A stretch of DNA of 62,000 bases from Wallemia ichthyophaga EXF-994 (Eukaryota; Fungi; Basidiomycota). The stretch is taken from positions 270,244 to 332,243 of the forward strand of contig NW_008806274.1 in assembly GCF_000400465.1 (NCBI RefSeq), read 5' to 3'. The notes below the pieces were generated by a model that was given only the letters and a program-made list of their open reading frames with translations, was not told the DNA's origin and did not search any database. The translations under genes and the position numbers were made by a program. Positions 61,006 to 62,000 of this stretch are shown piece after piece. Position 1 is the stretch's first letter, and each line of letters opens with the position of its first letter.

Positions 61006-62000
61006 TTATAGGAAAAATTGCGTGCTATTAGACTGCGTTAGTTATCCGCGTTTAGTCTACTCAATAAGTTAACTCACTTTAACCTCGAGCTTGCGTGTAC
61101 TCTCATTTCTTCCATTTTGAACGCGTTCATTTCCTCTTTTATCATTTGCGCCAATTCAGGTGTCAGTCTGTTACATGTCGCAGGTTCTCCCCTTCTATCA
61201 TATATTGTAGCAGGCCAAGTTGTTTGAACCCCCATAGAGTTGGCAAATGAACACTTTCTCTTTGGTTGAGCAGCCAAATTGATCATTGCTTGTACTGGTA
61301 ATGCAGAAGTTGAATTATTGTGATTTACTAAAGGTTTGTCGATTGGTTTGTGCATCGATGACGGTCTTGAGGCTATACCATCAATCTTATCTGCATCCGG
61401 TGAAGGTAATTGATGAGAAACTTGCGGTTGAACTTCCCGACCATCCTCATCTTTCATTATATTGGTAAAGGTAAAAGAGTTTGACCGACCACGTAGCTGC
61501 TGTCTTTCTTCAAAATCCTCTTGACGGTATGTTCTTGCTCCTTTCAATATGCCTTTCAAAATATGCTCACGACGATGTGGCGCGGCATTCGAATCATACT
61601 GACAAGAACCATGCCACTCTTCTTGATGAATTTGTACTCCTTGTAAACCTTGCGTTAGATCATCATCATCTTGTGATACTATTGAATCGCCATCTCCTTT
61701 CGCTTCAATTGCACCTGGCAATCTTGACTTACTATCACTACCTGCGTGATTATAGCTATTTGAATTAAGGCGACTTGAAGATTTAGACGATTTAGATGAT
61801 TTAGCTGATTTAGCCTCAGCTGCTGCAACTTGTTCCTGATGCTGCTTGACTAGGGCTGCTGCTGGACTCAAACCATCAATATATTCAGGTTCTTCATTAA
61901 TGATTGAATGTCTATCAACTTCAGCAGTTGCATGACTTATTGAAGTCGATGGTTCCTTCTTACGTTTATTCTTCTTCTTCTTTTTCAGCTTTGATCCAAT
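61006..62000 (-). CDS. Bni4/Afr1/Phactr-like PP1-targeting protein (5' part outside the window)
   Basis: KRKCSF (RVxF-like), WPATIYDRRGEPATCNRLTPELAQMIKEEMNAFKMEEMRVH; the last intron gives STQFFL*. Confidence 0.82.

Noticed and set aside
1-62000. CRISPR arrays, rRNA, tRNA, intact transposons or prokaryotic operons
   Set aside because: No repeat-spacer arrays, rRNA or cloverleaf sequences, transposase/RT ORFs or terminal repeats seen; spliceosomal introns throughout show eukaryotic origin.

Overview
Very gene-dense eukaryotic (fungal) chromosome segment with about 40 genes. Introns are short (mostly 40-60 nt, GT..AG, branch sites like CTAAC/CTCAC/CTGAC/CTTAC). The compactness and the basidiomycete-type proteins suggest Wallemia or a similarly reduced basidiomycete (inference, not verified). 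Recognisable genes: PEX3 (3' end), a ThrE/PRM10-like membrane protein, pyruvate carboxylase, a sulfate permease, a Zn2Cys6 factor, MRPL27, SKP1, THI20-like, PRE2, RPL37, an Atf1-like bZIP, OMA1, a GH5_12 glycosidase, PRE1, a RIB2-type deaminase, a siderophore MFS transporter, TBCA, RPL8/L7a, SFH1, an atypical transketolase, TAPT1/EMP65, a Mid2-like membrane protein, an ING PHD protein, VMA10, APC13, SEC6, an AA9 LPMO, a PACT-domain SPB protein and a Bni4/Phactr-like protein. The strongest novel signal is the splicing architecture of RPL37. Its 5' UTR appears to hold five back-to-back introns with zero-length exons. Its coding intron 1 gives intact eL37 only with a non-canonical CG acceptor, while the canonical AG gives a premature stop. 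Also notable: a long stem-loop in RPL8 intron 1, an ATGA stop/start overlap between TBCA and the siderophore transporter, and 1-bp and 4-bp gaps in the VMA10/APC13/SEC6 cluster. No tRNA, rRNA, CRISPR array or intact transposon was found. All exon boundaries were read by eye and lack transcript support.
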